A stretch of 48,089 bases of DNA, from positions 1 to 48,089 of the forward strand of contig JBHHXE010000003.1 in assembly GCA_046756865.1 (NCBI GenBank). Reading direction: 5' to 3'. The stretch's first letter is position 1. Each line of letters starts with the position of its first letter. The DNA comes from Nitrospiria bacterium. Its GTDB lineage: Bacteria; Nitrospirota; Nitrospiria; SBBL01; JAADHI01. Positions 20,008-28,882 of the stretch are shown here, one piece after another. The notes under the pieces were generated by a model. That model made no database searches. It was given only the letters and a program-made list of their open reading frames with translations, and had not been told where the DNA came from. The position numbers and the translations under genes are program-made.

Positions 20008-21516
20008 GTGAAGAAGTTGCTGTTTTTTATTCCATGGTTGATGTTTACGACGAGCGTGGCTGGCGCGCAAACCCTGGCCGATCGGGTCATTGAGCATACG
20101 CTCTCCAACGGATTGAGGGTCCTCATGGTCGAGCGGCATCAGGTGCCGACGATTTCTTTCCGCATCATTTACAATGTCGGGTCTGTCAATGAAGTCAGCG
20201 GGATTACTGGTGTGGCTCACCTCTATGAACATATGGCCTTTAAGGGAACCCGAACCCTGGGCACCACAGATTTTGAGAAAGAAGAAAAGGTTTTGGCCCG
20301 GATAGAGAAGCTGAATGGTGCAATTTTGCTTGAAGGGCGGAAAGGGGCTGGGGCCAATCAGCAAAAACTAAAGGCCTTGCAGGAAAAATTTGTTTTGCTC
20401 CAGGAGGAGGCGAGACAATGGGTTATCCCGAATGAGCTCGGTGAGATCTACGATCGGAATGGGGCTGTCGGATTTAATGCCTCCACCGGTCGGGATGTAA
20501 CCTCTTATATCGTCAGTCTCCCGGCAAACCGGCTTCCGCTCTGGGTTGCGATCGAATCGGACCGGATGGCCAACCCCGTCCTCCGTGAATTTTACAAGGA
20601 AAGAGACGTTGTTTTGGAAGAACGCCGCAGGAGCGTTGAAACCAATCCCTCAGGCAAGCTTTACGAAACTTTTCTTTCGACGGCGTTTTCGGCCCATCCT
20701 TACGGCTACCCCACGCTCGGCTGGCCTTCAGATGTCCGCTCCCTTTCCGCCACGCAAACGGCCCTCTTTTACAAGACTTATTACGGGCCGAACAATACAA
20801 TTATTGCCATGGTGGGCGATTTTAAAGCGGCAGATGTGATTCCCCTCCTCGAGGCCTCCTTTGGTAGAATTCCTTCCGGTCCGCTTCCCCCAGGGGTGGT
20901 GACGGTTGAGCCTCCACAGCGGGGTGAGCGGCGGGTGGAAGTTGAGGATGAAGCGAATCCCAGCGTCGTCATCGGATATCACAAACCCAACCTGCATCAC
21001 CCGGACGATGCGGTTTTTGATGTCATTGACTCATTACTCTCCATGGGACGGACCTCCAGGCTTTATAAAAAACTGGTCAAAGAAGAGCAAATTGCGGTCA
21101 GCGTTTCGAGTAGCGCCGGGACGCCCGGGGCGCGCTACACGAGCCTCTTTACAATCTCTGCAACCCCGCGTGCTCCGCATACCACCCTGGAGTTGGAAGA
21201 AGCGATTTATGCCGAACTTGATCGCTTGAAAACGGAGCCTCCTTCTGAAAAAGAGCTTCAAAAGGTTATCACAAACATCGACGCCTCCTTGATTCGTTCT
21301 CTCAGATCAAACAGCGGTCTGGCGGGGAGGCTTTCCTATTTTGAGGCAGTTGCGGATGATTGGCGCTACACCCTTCGAAACCGGGATGCCATCGCAAAGG
21401 TGACTGCCGAGGATGTGATGCGTGTCGCCCGGACCTATTTTATAAAAAAGAGCCGGACCGTCGCCACCTTGGTTCAGCAGGAAAAAAAGTCGAATGAAAA
21501 GGAGACGGTGCGATGA
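20008..21516 (+). CDS. M16 family zinc peptidase, catalytic subunit
   Basis: GTG start after AAGGAG; signal peptide; HxxEH (HLYEHMAFKGT), NAST, EERR, HPY. Confidence 0.92.
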   Translation: MKKLLFFIPWLMFTTSVAGAQTLADRVIEHTLSNGLRVLMVERHQVPTISFRIIYNVGSVNEVSGITGVAHLYEHMAFKGTRTLGTTDFEKEEKVLARIEKLNGAILLEGRKGAGANQQKLKALQEKFVLLQEEARQWVIPNELGEIYDRNGAVGFNASTGRDVTSYIVSLPANRLPLWVAIESDRMANPVLREFYKERDVVLEERRRSVETNPSGKLYETFLSTAFSAHPYGYPTLGWPSDVRSLSATQTALFYKTYYGPNNTIIAMVGDFKAADVIPLLEASFGRIPSGPLPPGVVTVEPPQRGERRVEVEDEANPSVVIGYHKPNLHHPDDAVFDVIDSLLSMGRTSRLYKKLVKEEQIAVSVSSSAGTPGARYTSLFTISATPRAPHTTLELEEAIYAELDRLKTEPPSEKELQKVITNIDASLIRSLRSNSGLAGRLSYFEAVADDWRYTLRNRDAIAKVTAEDVMRVARTYFIKKSRTVATLVQQEKKSNEKETVR

Positions 21517-22964
21517 CTTGGGTACCTATGAAGAAGATGGTCTTGCTCATCCTGGTTATTTCCCTTCATTCAGCCTGTTTTCCGCTACATCATGCTCGGA
21601 ATTCGGGATCGGCTTCTGCATCCAACCCGCGTACAATGGCTTTTCCTCCCCAGCCCTTTCAGCCGCCCCGGGCGGAGCGTATGACCTTGTCAAACGGCAT
21701 GATTCTCTATTTTCTGGAGGACCATGAGCTTCCGCTGGTGAACCTTCAGGTCATGATCCGTACCGGGGATCTTTACGAACCTGCGGACAAGATCGCCCTT
21801 GCCGGAATAACTGGAACGGTGATGCGGACAGGGGGGACTGATCGGCTCAGCGGGGATGAAGTTGACGAGGCCCTGGATCAGATTGCCGCTGGTTTATCGG
21901 TCGGGATCGGGACGGATTCGGGAGGCGCTTCTCTGGATGTCCTGAAGAAGGATTTTGACTTTGGACTTCAAATGCTGGCGGACATCCTGATGCACCCCGC
22001 CTTCGAGGAAGAAAAACTTACCTTGGCAAAGAACAGGGCTCTGGAGGGAATCCGCCGACGCAACGACCGGCCCTCTTCGATTGCAAGCCGGGAGTTTTGG
22101 AAACAGCTTTACGGGGCGGACAATCCCTACGCGAGAGAATCGACCGAAGAGACGGTCAAGTCGATCCAGCGGGAGGATCTTGTCGACTTTCATGAAAAAT
22201 ATTTTGCGCCGAATAACGTGATGATTGGCGTCACCGGTGATTTCAACAAAAGCGAAATGATCGAAAAGATTGAGAAGGCTTTTGCGGGTTGGGGCAAAAA
22301 AGAGATCCGTTTCCCGGAGGTTCTGCCGGTGCGTGAGCGGAAGGCGGGTGGGGTCTATCATATTCAGCGCCCGATCCCGCAGACGCAGGTCCGAATCGGT
22401 CATCTTGGCATCAAGCAGGAAAACCCTGATTCTTTTGCATTGTCGGTCATGAACGATGTTCTCGGCGGCGGGGGCATGGCCAGCCGGCTTTTTTCAGATG
22501 TCCGGAGCCGCCAGGGTCTGGCCTATTCTGTCGGATCTGTTTTTCGGCCCGGAAAGCTGGAGCGCGGTGTCTTCCTTGCCTACAGCGGGACGCGGGTCGA
22601 GTCAACCCATCAAGCTATTTCGACCATCATCACGCATATCGAAAAGGTCCGGATGGAACCTGTTTCGGATGAGGAACTTAAACGGGCCAAAGAGGCATTC
22701 CTCAACTCTTTTATTTTTTCTTTTTCGAGCCCTTCCCAAATTGTGGGTCAGCAGATGTCGCTGGAGTATTACGGTCTCCCATCTGACTACCTGGAGCTAT
22801 ACCGGGACAATGTGGCGAAGGTTACAAAGGCGGATGTCCTGCGGGTTGCAAAAAAATACCTCCATCCTGATCGCCTCGTGATCCTGGCGGTCGGAGACGA
22901 GCCCCAGTTTGATAAAAGCCTATCGAGCCTGGGCAAGGTCGAGCAAATTGAAGTGGGGCCTTAG
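21513..22964 (+). CDS. M16 family peptidase, non-catalytic partner subunit
   Basis: LSNGM...HELP, lacks HxxEH, GGGGMASRLF..VR..QGLAY; overlaps upstream stop. Confidence 0.9.
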   Translation: MTWVPMKKMVLLILVISLHSACFPLHHARNSGSASASNPRTMAFPPQPFQPPRAERMTLSNGMILYFLEDHELPLVNLQVMIRTGDLYEPADKIALAGITGTVMRTGGTDRLSGDEVDEALDQIAAGLSVGIGTDSGGASLDVLKKDFDFGLQMLADILMHPAFEEEKLTLAKNRALEGIRRRNDRPSSIASREFWKQLYGADNPYARESTEETVKSIQREDLVDFHEKYFAPNNVMIGVTGDFNKSEMIEKIEKAFAGWGKKEIRFPEVLPVRERKAGGVYHIQRPIPQTQVRIGHLGIKQENPDSFALSVMNDVLGGGGMASRLFSDVRSRQGLAYSVGSVFRPGKLERGVFLAYSGTRVESTHQAISTIITHIEKVRMEPVSDEELKRAKEAFLNSFIFSFSSPSQIVGQQMSLEYYGLPSDYLELYRDNVAKVTKADVLRVAKKYLHPDRLVILAVGDEPQFDKSLSSLGKVEQIEVGP

Positions 22965-22993
22965 GGAAGGGTCTGGAAATTACCGGATGATAA

Positions 22994-23488
22994 ATGGAGA
23001 TCGAAATTAAAAAAGGAAGTCTTCTGGACTGTAATGCGGATTATATTGTGAATCCGGCGAACAGCCGGGGGCAGATGGGCGGTGGGGTTGCCGGTGTCAT
23101 CCGCAGCGTGTGTGGGGATAGGGTAGAGATTGACGCGATGGCTCAGGCGCCGATTCCGGTCGGCAGGGTTGTTTTGACGGGTGGGGGAAAGAGTCGCTTT
23201 AAGGGGATCATACACGCTCCAACGATGTTTAGGCCCGCCGAAATGATCCCGGTTGAGAATGTTCAAAAAGCGACCCGTGCTGCGATGGACTTTGCAGAAA
23301 AAGAACAGATCCATTCCCTCGGATTTCCGGGAATGGGGACCGGCGTTGGGAGAGTTTCTCCGGATGCCGCCGCCGAGGCAATGATTAATGAGATGAGGGA
23401 TTTTCGAGGGGGGGCAATTCAAAAAATTATACTGGTGGATGTCAGCCGGGACATGGTCGCGGCTTGGAAAACTGCATTTTCGAAGTAA
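22994..23488 (+). CDS. Macro domain (ADP-ribose-binding) protein
   Basis: IVNPANS, MGGGVAG, IIHAPTM, PGMGTGVG. Confidence 0.92.
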   Translation: MEIEIKKGSLLDCNADYIVNPANSRGQMGGGVAGVIRSVCGDRVEIDAMAQAPIPVGRVVLTGGGKSRFKGIIHAPTMFRPAEMIPVENVQKATRAAMDFAEKEQIHSLGFPGMGTGVGRVSPDAAAEAMINEMRDFRGGAIQKIILVDVSRDMVAAWKTAFSK

Positions 23489-23509
23489 CCATTCAGCACA
23501 CCCATCCTC

Positions 23510-23603
23510 TTCTCCATGGCTGCGTTGCTGTGGTGCTCAAATCATCGCGTATGGACATATACGCTGCGGTTCTTTGCCCCTCACGCTTTGCGCTGAAGGA
23601 GAA
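23510..23603 (+). repeat. Structured intergenic element, copy B
   Basis: TTCTCC/GGAGAA outer stem; CTGCGTT ... CGTAT-loop-ATACGC ... GCTTTG. Confidence 0.45.
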
Positions 23604-23661
23604 TCCATGCACGCTGGCCAGTTACTTTTCCAAACAGAATGAAAGAGGAGAAATGAAGTAA

Positions 23662-24606
23662 ATGCTGCACAGAATGAAATTACGCGTTGTTTACGGGAGC
23701 AAGCTGGCAAAGGATAAGGTTGCGAGTCGTCTTAAGATGAAAATCATCATGATGGCGGGCATTGCCGTCCTGTTTCCCTTTATGGGCATTACCTATTTCC
23801 TGTTGACGGATCCTGGAGTCGGGGAGCTGGTCCTCATCGGGTTCCTCTCATCGCTCTCTTGTGTGCCGGTCGTTCTTTATGCTTATGCGAAGGGCTATGG
23901 CCGTCCCCTGGCGGATATTTGGCGGGAACGTCCCGATGAGATGAAAGCCTTGGCGCTTAAAATCGGGTTTTTTTACGGTTTTGCCCTCTACTGGATGATA
24001 CTGGGGATTGTTGAATTCCTTTTCGGGTATGACGCCTTCCGGGCGGCGCTGATCAGTTTTGTTGCCAGCGCGGCAGCGAGAGACGGGTTTGAGATTGGAT
24101 ACTATCGTGCCAAAGCGGCGGGACAGAATCAGATCAGGATTTTTCCGGATAACCGTTCGATCTCAGAGCTCTTTCCGGTCGCGCCGGGAAAAATTGTCGC
24201 CCTGCTGATGACCGTGGTGATCGGAAGTGGGGTGACGGGCGCCTTTCTTGGCCCGTTTCTTTCAGATCCGCTTCACCAGGCGGTGGCCATCGGAGTTATT
24301 GTGGGCAGCGTTGTGACCTTTGCCTATGGGTGGTCGCTTGAGGAACCCCCCGGTTTTCCGGCGCTCATCCGGTTTTTTATCTGGCCCGGTTTCACGATGG
24401 CCATGACCTATTTCTTGATATTGGCCTACCTCCTCCGGAAGGTCTTTCTGATAAATATGTCCCCCTCATTGGACTTTGGTCTCCTTATGGCGGTCTGTTC
24501 CGGATGGATGACGTTTGAAACGCTTTTCCTTGGCTACCTTCAGTGGAAGCACCCGCTTCCCGACGCAGTCGTACCCGACGAGTCTGTCGGGCCCGTTGCG
24601 TCGTAG
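23662..24606 (+). CDS. Hypothetical multi-pass membrane protein
   Basis: 314-aa ORF with about 8 hydrophobic segments; AGAGGAG upstream; family not recognised. Confidence 0.8.
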   Translation: MLHRMKLRVVYGSKLAKDKVASRLKMKIIMMAGIAVLFPFMGITYFLLTDPGVGELVLIGFLSSLSCVPVVLYAYAKGYGRPLADIWRERPDEMKALALKIGFFYGFALYWMILGIVEFLFGYDAFRAALISFVASAAARDGFEIGYYRAKAAGQNQIRIFPDNRSISELFPVAPGKIVALLMTVVIGSGVTGAFLGPFLSDPLHQAVAIGVIVGSVVTFAYGWSLEEPPGFPALIRFFIWPGFTMAMTYFLILAYLLRKVFLINMSPSLDFGLLMAVCSGWMTFETLFLGYLQWKHPLPDAVVPDESVGPVAS

Positions 24607-24644
24607 CATTAAAAATGCTAGGGTTGTTTCATAGGGGGGATGCC

Positions 24645-25295
24645 ATGTTGAAATGGAACATTTTTGCAAGCAGGGCCTTTATTTACTTGTTCGTCCTGCT
24701 CTCAGTCCTGGCCGTTGCTTCAATCGCCCGCGCCGATTTCACGGCCGATCAATATATTACAATCTCTCATGGAGAGTTTGGAGGGCAACGGCGAATTATG
24801 GAGGCCAAAGTTTACTCCCAAGGGAAGAAATTACGCCTGGAAACGGCAATGGGAGGGCGGAAGGCGATTAATATCTCCCGTGGGGACAAGAATCCTCCCA
24901 TCATGTGGACCTTGATGCCGAATGAAAAGATGTATATGGAGACTGTAGGAAAAGAGGGTGAAGGTAACCCGATGGACCCGGGATCAAGAGCAGGTGTTGA
25001 AAAAATATTTGTCACGAAGGAGCATGTTGCCGGTCGACTGACAAACAAATTTAAGCTTGTCTGGAAAGACAAAGACGGCAGCCGCTTAAGCGGCTTTGCC
25101 TGGGAGCTGATTGAACTGAACAATGCCCCGATACGGCAGGAGTTTTTTAACAAGAATGAGCACGTTCTGGTCCAATTGGCCAACATCAAAGTCAAGAGAC
25201 TTGATGCGGATCTCTTTGAAGTTCCCGAGGGATACCGTAAGATCTCAATGCCCCCGCAGATGCCGAACAGCCCTCCTGCTCCGAAGCGCCCATAG
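24645..25295 (+). CDS. Secreted DUF4412/LolA-fold-like protein
   Basis: Start re-set to MLKWNIF after GGGGG; signal peptide ARA|DFTAD; KLRLE and C-terminal LFEVPEGY. Confidence 0.7.
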   Translation: MLKWNIFASRAFIYLFVLLSVLAVASIARADFTADQYITISHGEFGGQRRIMEAKVYSQGKKLRLETAMGGRKAINISRGDKNPPIMWTLMPNEKMYMETVGKEGEGNPMDPGSRAGVEKIFVTKEHVAGRLTNKFKLVWKDKDGSRLSGFAWELIELNNAPIRQEFFNKNEHVLVQLANIKVKRLDADLFEVPEGYRKISMPPQMPNSPPAPKRP

Positions 25296-25324
25296 GGGCC
25301 TTTGGGAGGAATAAGGCCGCTTGC

Positions 25325-25921
25325 CTAAAAAAACTCGATTATTTTATGGATGGCGTTCTCTATTGTTCTACGTGTTTCTTTCAGGAGTTGTGTTTCGCTG
25401 GTCATCCCGATCATCAAAGCGGTGCCGGTGCCTGACTGGACGCGAATTCCGGTGACCCAGATCGAATCGAATTCAAAGGAAAGAGAACGAATCTTTTGCC
25501 CCTCCATTCCCATTTGACTCCCCTGTTCAAATGCAATCATCAATCTGTTGCCGCAGACTTCTGCTTTGTTGGCAGGCAGCTTCCCCTGGCTTGAAATGGT
25601 CAGACCCACATCATCCATCAGAAAAGCCGTTTCGGCATGGGTGACCTTAAGGCACCAGCCGAGAAATTTTTCCCAGGTATCCGGGCCAAAACTGCTGGTT
25701 TCATTAAGATCGATGTCGAGGTCGGGCAATGCTTGTTCCTGGGGGAGGGGCTCCCTGTTAAAAAAAGGGGCTGCAGAAAACTTAATATATTCAAGGCAAA
25801 CCGTTTGCGAATCTTTTTTGTCTCCAGTGGTTTCTTTGGGGGGATGTTCTCCTCTTAAGCGATGTGTGATCTCTCTCGCGTGCATTAAATCAGAGGAGTT
25901 CACGTTCGGGGTTTTCTGCAT
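25325..25921 (-). CDS. Hypothetical protein, C-terminal half Roadblock/profilin-like (degenerate)
   Basis: AFLMDDVGLTISS resembles ALISEDGLMIAS of the Roadblock gene in the same operon; overlaps ParA end, GAGG SD. Confidence 0.65.
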   Translation of the reverse strand: MQKTPNVNSSDLMHAREITHRLRGEHPPKETTGDKKDSQTVCLEYIKFSAAPFFNREPLPQEQALPDLDIDLNETSSFGPDTWEKFLGWCLKVTHAETAFLMDDVGLTISSQGKLPANKAEVCGNRLMIAFEQGSQMGMEGQKIRSLSFEFDSIWVTGIRVQSGTGTALMIGMTSETQLLKETRRTIENAIHKIIEFF

Positions 25922-26705
25922 TTTTACCTCCTCTGTCTTTCAGGGTACTGAGTAAAGTGCCAATCTCTAAGGCGAGCATTTCAAAACGCCGGGCCTCCGG
26001 CGATACGGGGCCACCCAGGAATGCAACCGGCAAGCCCTTCATGCTCGCTTCGTGGAAAACATCAACTCTTGGAATGACTGTTTCAAAGACACCTTCAAAA
26101 TCAGACCAGATACTTTTTAAAACAGCATAGGGGGTCTCTTTTTTGGTATCGATCATTGTCGGCAGGATACCCAGGAGCATAAGTTTGCTGTTTTCATTAT
26201 CCCGGATATGTTCGATTACGCGGAGGATCTGTGAAATAGAGCGCAAAGCAAGCGGCTCGGCCTGAAACGGTATCAGGACATAATCTGAAACAGCGAGAAC
26301 CGATCGTGTAATCATCCCGATTCCTGAGGGCGTGTCGAGGATGATGAGGTCAAAACGGTCTTTTACTTCGTTGAGGACTTTGTCTAGAACGTCCGGTTGA
26401 TGAATAGCCTGTTCAAATTCAAGAACATCCACTGGATCAAGCCGGCCCCGCGGCAGAATCGAAAGTGTCTTGATTTTTGTCTGGATGATGGCCTGCTCTA
26501 TCGGAGCCTGCCCCATCAGCAGGTCTGTCAAGCCGGCCCACTCGCTGTCCCCCCGGCCAAGTGAAAGCCCGATTCCACCTTGAGGATCCAGGTCAACGAG
26601 CAGCGTGCGCCATCGTTGTTCAGCAAGGGACAAGGCCATGTTCAGGCTCACGGTCGTTTTGCCCACGCCACCCTTCTGGCTGGCTACAGCAATTCGTTCT
26701 GTCAT
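25890..26705 (-). CDS. ParA/MinD family ATPase (orphan)
   Basis: Deviant Walker A QKGGVGKTT, DLDPQG, LDTP, IPFQAEPLA; no parB adjacent. Confidence 0.93.
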   Translation of the reverse strand: MTERIAVASQKGGVGKTTVSLNMALSLAEQRWRTLLVDLDPQGGIGLSLGRGDSEWAGLTDLLMGQAPIEQAIIQTKIKTLSILPRGRLDPVDVLEFEQAIHQPDVLDKVLNEVKDRFDLIILDTPSGIGMITRSVLAVSDYVLIPFQAEPLALRSISQILRVIEHIRDNENSKLMLLGILPTMIDTKKETPYAVLKSIWSDFEGVFETVIPRVDVFHEASMKGLPVAFLGGPVSPEARRFEMLALEIGTLLSTLKDRGGKNAENPERELL

Positions 26706-26721
26706 TTATTGGTCTCCCATC

Positions 26722-27618
26722 TTAGTCATTTTTTTCTTCCTTCTGACCATTTTCATACCCCATTTCGCGCAGGCGGTGAATGTTTGCCTTGATCCCTTTA
26801 TTCCCGGGACAAATTTCTTCCGCCTCAAGAAAGGCCGAAAGTGCCTTAGCATAGTCTTTAATGAGTAAGGCATCAAGACCCCGCTCGGAAGCATTTTGAA
26901 ATTGAATGTTCTGTTTTACTTCAGAATCAGGCTCCGAATCGCATCTGCTTTTTTCGTCTTCCTGCCGGGCACCCTCCATCAATAGGGCTTCCCAGGATTC
27001 CTCAATATTACGTTCACCCGGTTTTCCCTGGAGCGCCTGACAGACTACTCGATTTTTACTGCAACGGACGAGCCGGTAAAAGGCATCTAATCCCACCCCT
27101 TCCCGGTCTGAGGCAGACCAGACATCTCCGGTCATTACGACGATCTTTCCAATGGGGTTTCCCTCATGCTCGACCCCGATCACGACAGAGTGCCGGCCAA
27201 TGCAGGAGAGCTGGATATATTCTGAGACACGAAACGGGGTAATTTCGGAAGGACGCTTTTCTTTTCCAACATGTTTTAGAACAATATGACGTAATTCTCC
27301 CAGTGATACCGGTTTTTCATGGACTTCCACATTGGCATGTGAGGGAATCTGCGGCTGGTAGGACTTGAGGAATGCGGTGATAAAAACGACAGGAATTTCC
27401 AGCTTGCGCCTTTCAATCTCTCCCAGTAATTCCACCCCGGACCGGTCTGGCAGGTCGAGGTCTGAGAGGATCAGTTGCGGTGGGTCAGCATCAATTTCAT
27501 GCAAGGCGTCCGCAAGCGTTCCCGCATCACTTACTTCGATGTCCGGGAGCTTTGAGAGCCCACGGATCATGGTTGAGCGAAGCATGGCCTCGTCTTCTAT
27601 AATGAGGATGCGTGGCAT
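26722..27618 (-). CDS. Response regulator REC + DUF4388/PATAN-like + TPR
   Basis: IIEDE, LSDLDLPD, FITA, EKP; central FRVSEYIQL...GKIVVMTGDV.SA...GLDAFYRL; C-terminal single TPR-like pair. Confidence 0.85.
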   Translation of the reverse strand: MPRILIIEDEAMLRSTMIRGLSKLPDIEVSDAGTLADALHEIDADPPQLILSDLDLPDRSGVELLGEIERRKLEIPVVFITAFLKSYQPQIPSHANVEVHEKPVSLGELRHIVLKHVGKEKRPSEITPFRVSEYIQLSCIGRHSVVIGVEHEGNPIGKIVVMTGDVWSASDREGVGLDAFYRLVRCSKNRVVCQALQGKPGERNIEESWEALLMEGARQEDEKSRCDSEPDSEVKQNIQFQNASERGLDALLIKDYAKALSAFLEAEEICPGNKGIKANIHRLREMGYENGQKEEKND

Positions 27619-27627
27619 AATAAAGGC

Positions 27628-28395
27628 TCACGAAGCCAGTGACGGAACTTTATATTTATCTCCTAACAGATCGATGCCACATTCCAGTGTTTCACACCAA
27701 TCCAAAAATTGCTCGACCATGGCTTTCCCCTTATAAAAGGCGCCATGTTGTGGGGCGATAGTTTCAACATCAAGAGACCGGGCCATTTTTGCCCACAGCG
27801 TTAAGGCTTTTCTTGATCCCATATAGCGCTTATGGAAGGGTTCAATGTGCTTGATATGGGCCTTGAAATCCGGGACATCTCTGTAATTGGTTCCGAGAGA
27901 GGTTCCCAAGTCGCCGGTATATAAGATCTTTGAGACCGGATCATAGATGTGAAAGTTCCCGCAGGAGTGAAGAAAATGAGCAGGAAGGATGAAGAGGTCT
28001 GATCCATCCTGAAGGGACAGCGTCATGCCTTCATCCGGAATTCCCTTTAAGCGCTTAACAACCAGACTGTCGAGGCCGAAATGCGGGATAAACCGGGTCC
28101 ATAAAACTGACGAATAGGCGATGGCATCTGTCGTCATGAGCCATCCGTTAAGCGCCGCGACGATATCAGGGTCTTGATGAGAGGCAAAGATGTAGCGGAG
28201 CGATCCTCCAGCCAATAAGGCATTCACCTCTGAGAGCGTCTTATTAAAGACTTTATGCCCCCCCGGGTCGAGAATAATTCCCGCGCCATTATGAATGATC
28301 AGATGGGTGTTGGCCTGAACTGCTTCTCCGCTTCCGAAATCTTCAAGCAGGATATTTTTATGTGCATCGCTTTCAAATAGGACGATTGAACCCAT
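27628..28395 (-). CDS. ODP-type di-iron metallo-beta-lactamase-fold protein
   Basis: Start re-set to MGSIVLF after AAGGAG; QAN, LDPGG, SHQDPD, AHFLHS.GNF, YTGDL, FHKRYM, APQHG; no flavodoxin domain. Confidence 0.85.
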   Translation of the reverse strand: MGSIVLFESDAHKNILLEDFGSGEAVQANTHLIIHNGAGIILDPGGHKVFNKTLSEVNALLAGGSLRYIFASHQDPDIVAALNGWLMTTDAIAYSSVLWTRFIPHFGLDSLVVKRLKGIPDEGMTLSLQDGSDLFILPAHFLHSCGNFHIYDPVSKILYTGDLGTSLGTNYRDVPDFKAHIKHIEPFHKRYMGSRKALTLWAKMARSLDVETIAPQHGAFYKGKAMVEQFLDWCETLECGIDLLGDKYKVPSLAS

Positions 28396-28456
28396 ATCGT
28401 TTTCTCCTTTAAAAATAGAACGCACTTCAAACGCCGTGACTAAAAATCTATGGCGG

Positions 28457-28822
28457 TTACAAAATCTTTTTGATCTCCGCCACTGCCCGATTCATATCAA
28501 GGAAAATAAGTCCCAGTTTGGCATCGGGGGTGGTCAATACCAGCAGCATCGTTCCTTCAGTTGCCTTCAGCATCACGGCGTAACCCTTCTCACCACGAAT
28601 CAGCACCTGGCCGAGTTTCCCAAGATCAAGTTCGCTCGTTGCACGGCTACCGAGGCTGAGTAAGGTTGCAGACATGCCGGCAACACGCATCTCTTCGATA
28701 TGCTGGGGAAGCGCACTGGCAATCATCAGACCGTCTTCAGATATCAATGCGCTCGCTTCAATGTCCGGGCTTTCACGTTGAAGGGTTTTCAGGGTTGTAT
28801 TCAGGTCGTCGCTACGTGCCAT
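28457..28822 (-). CDS. Roadblock/LC7 (MglB-like) protein
   Basis: IEASALISEDGLMIASAL...VAGMSATLLSLG...GEKGY...AKLGLIFLDM; AAGGAGG SD. Confidence 0.93.
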   Translation of the reverse strand: MARSDDLNTTLKTLQRESPDIEASALISEDGLMIASALPQHIEEMRVAGMSATLLSLGSRATSELDLGKLGQVLIRGEKGYAVMLKATEGTMLLVLTTPDAKLGLIFLDMNRAVAEIKKIL

Positions 28823-28882
28823 TATAGTGCCTCCTTTATGATCGATAAGAATTTAAGATCTATCGCTCTATTACAATAAGCT

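Noticed and set aside
3950-23488. Sirtuin plus macrodomain as an ADP-ribosylation or defence module
   Set aside because: The genes are about 18 kb apart in separate operons, and the sirtuin is an ordinary CobB type.
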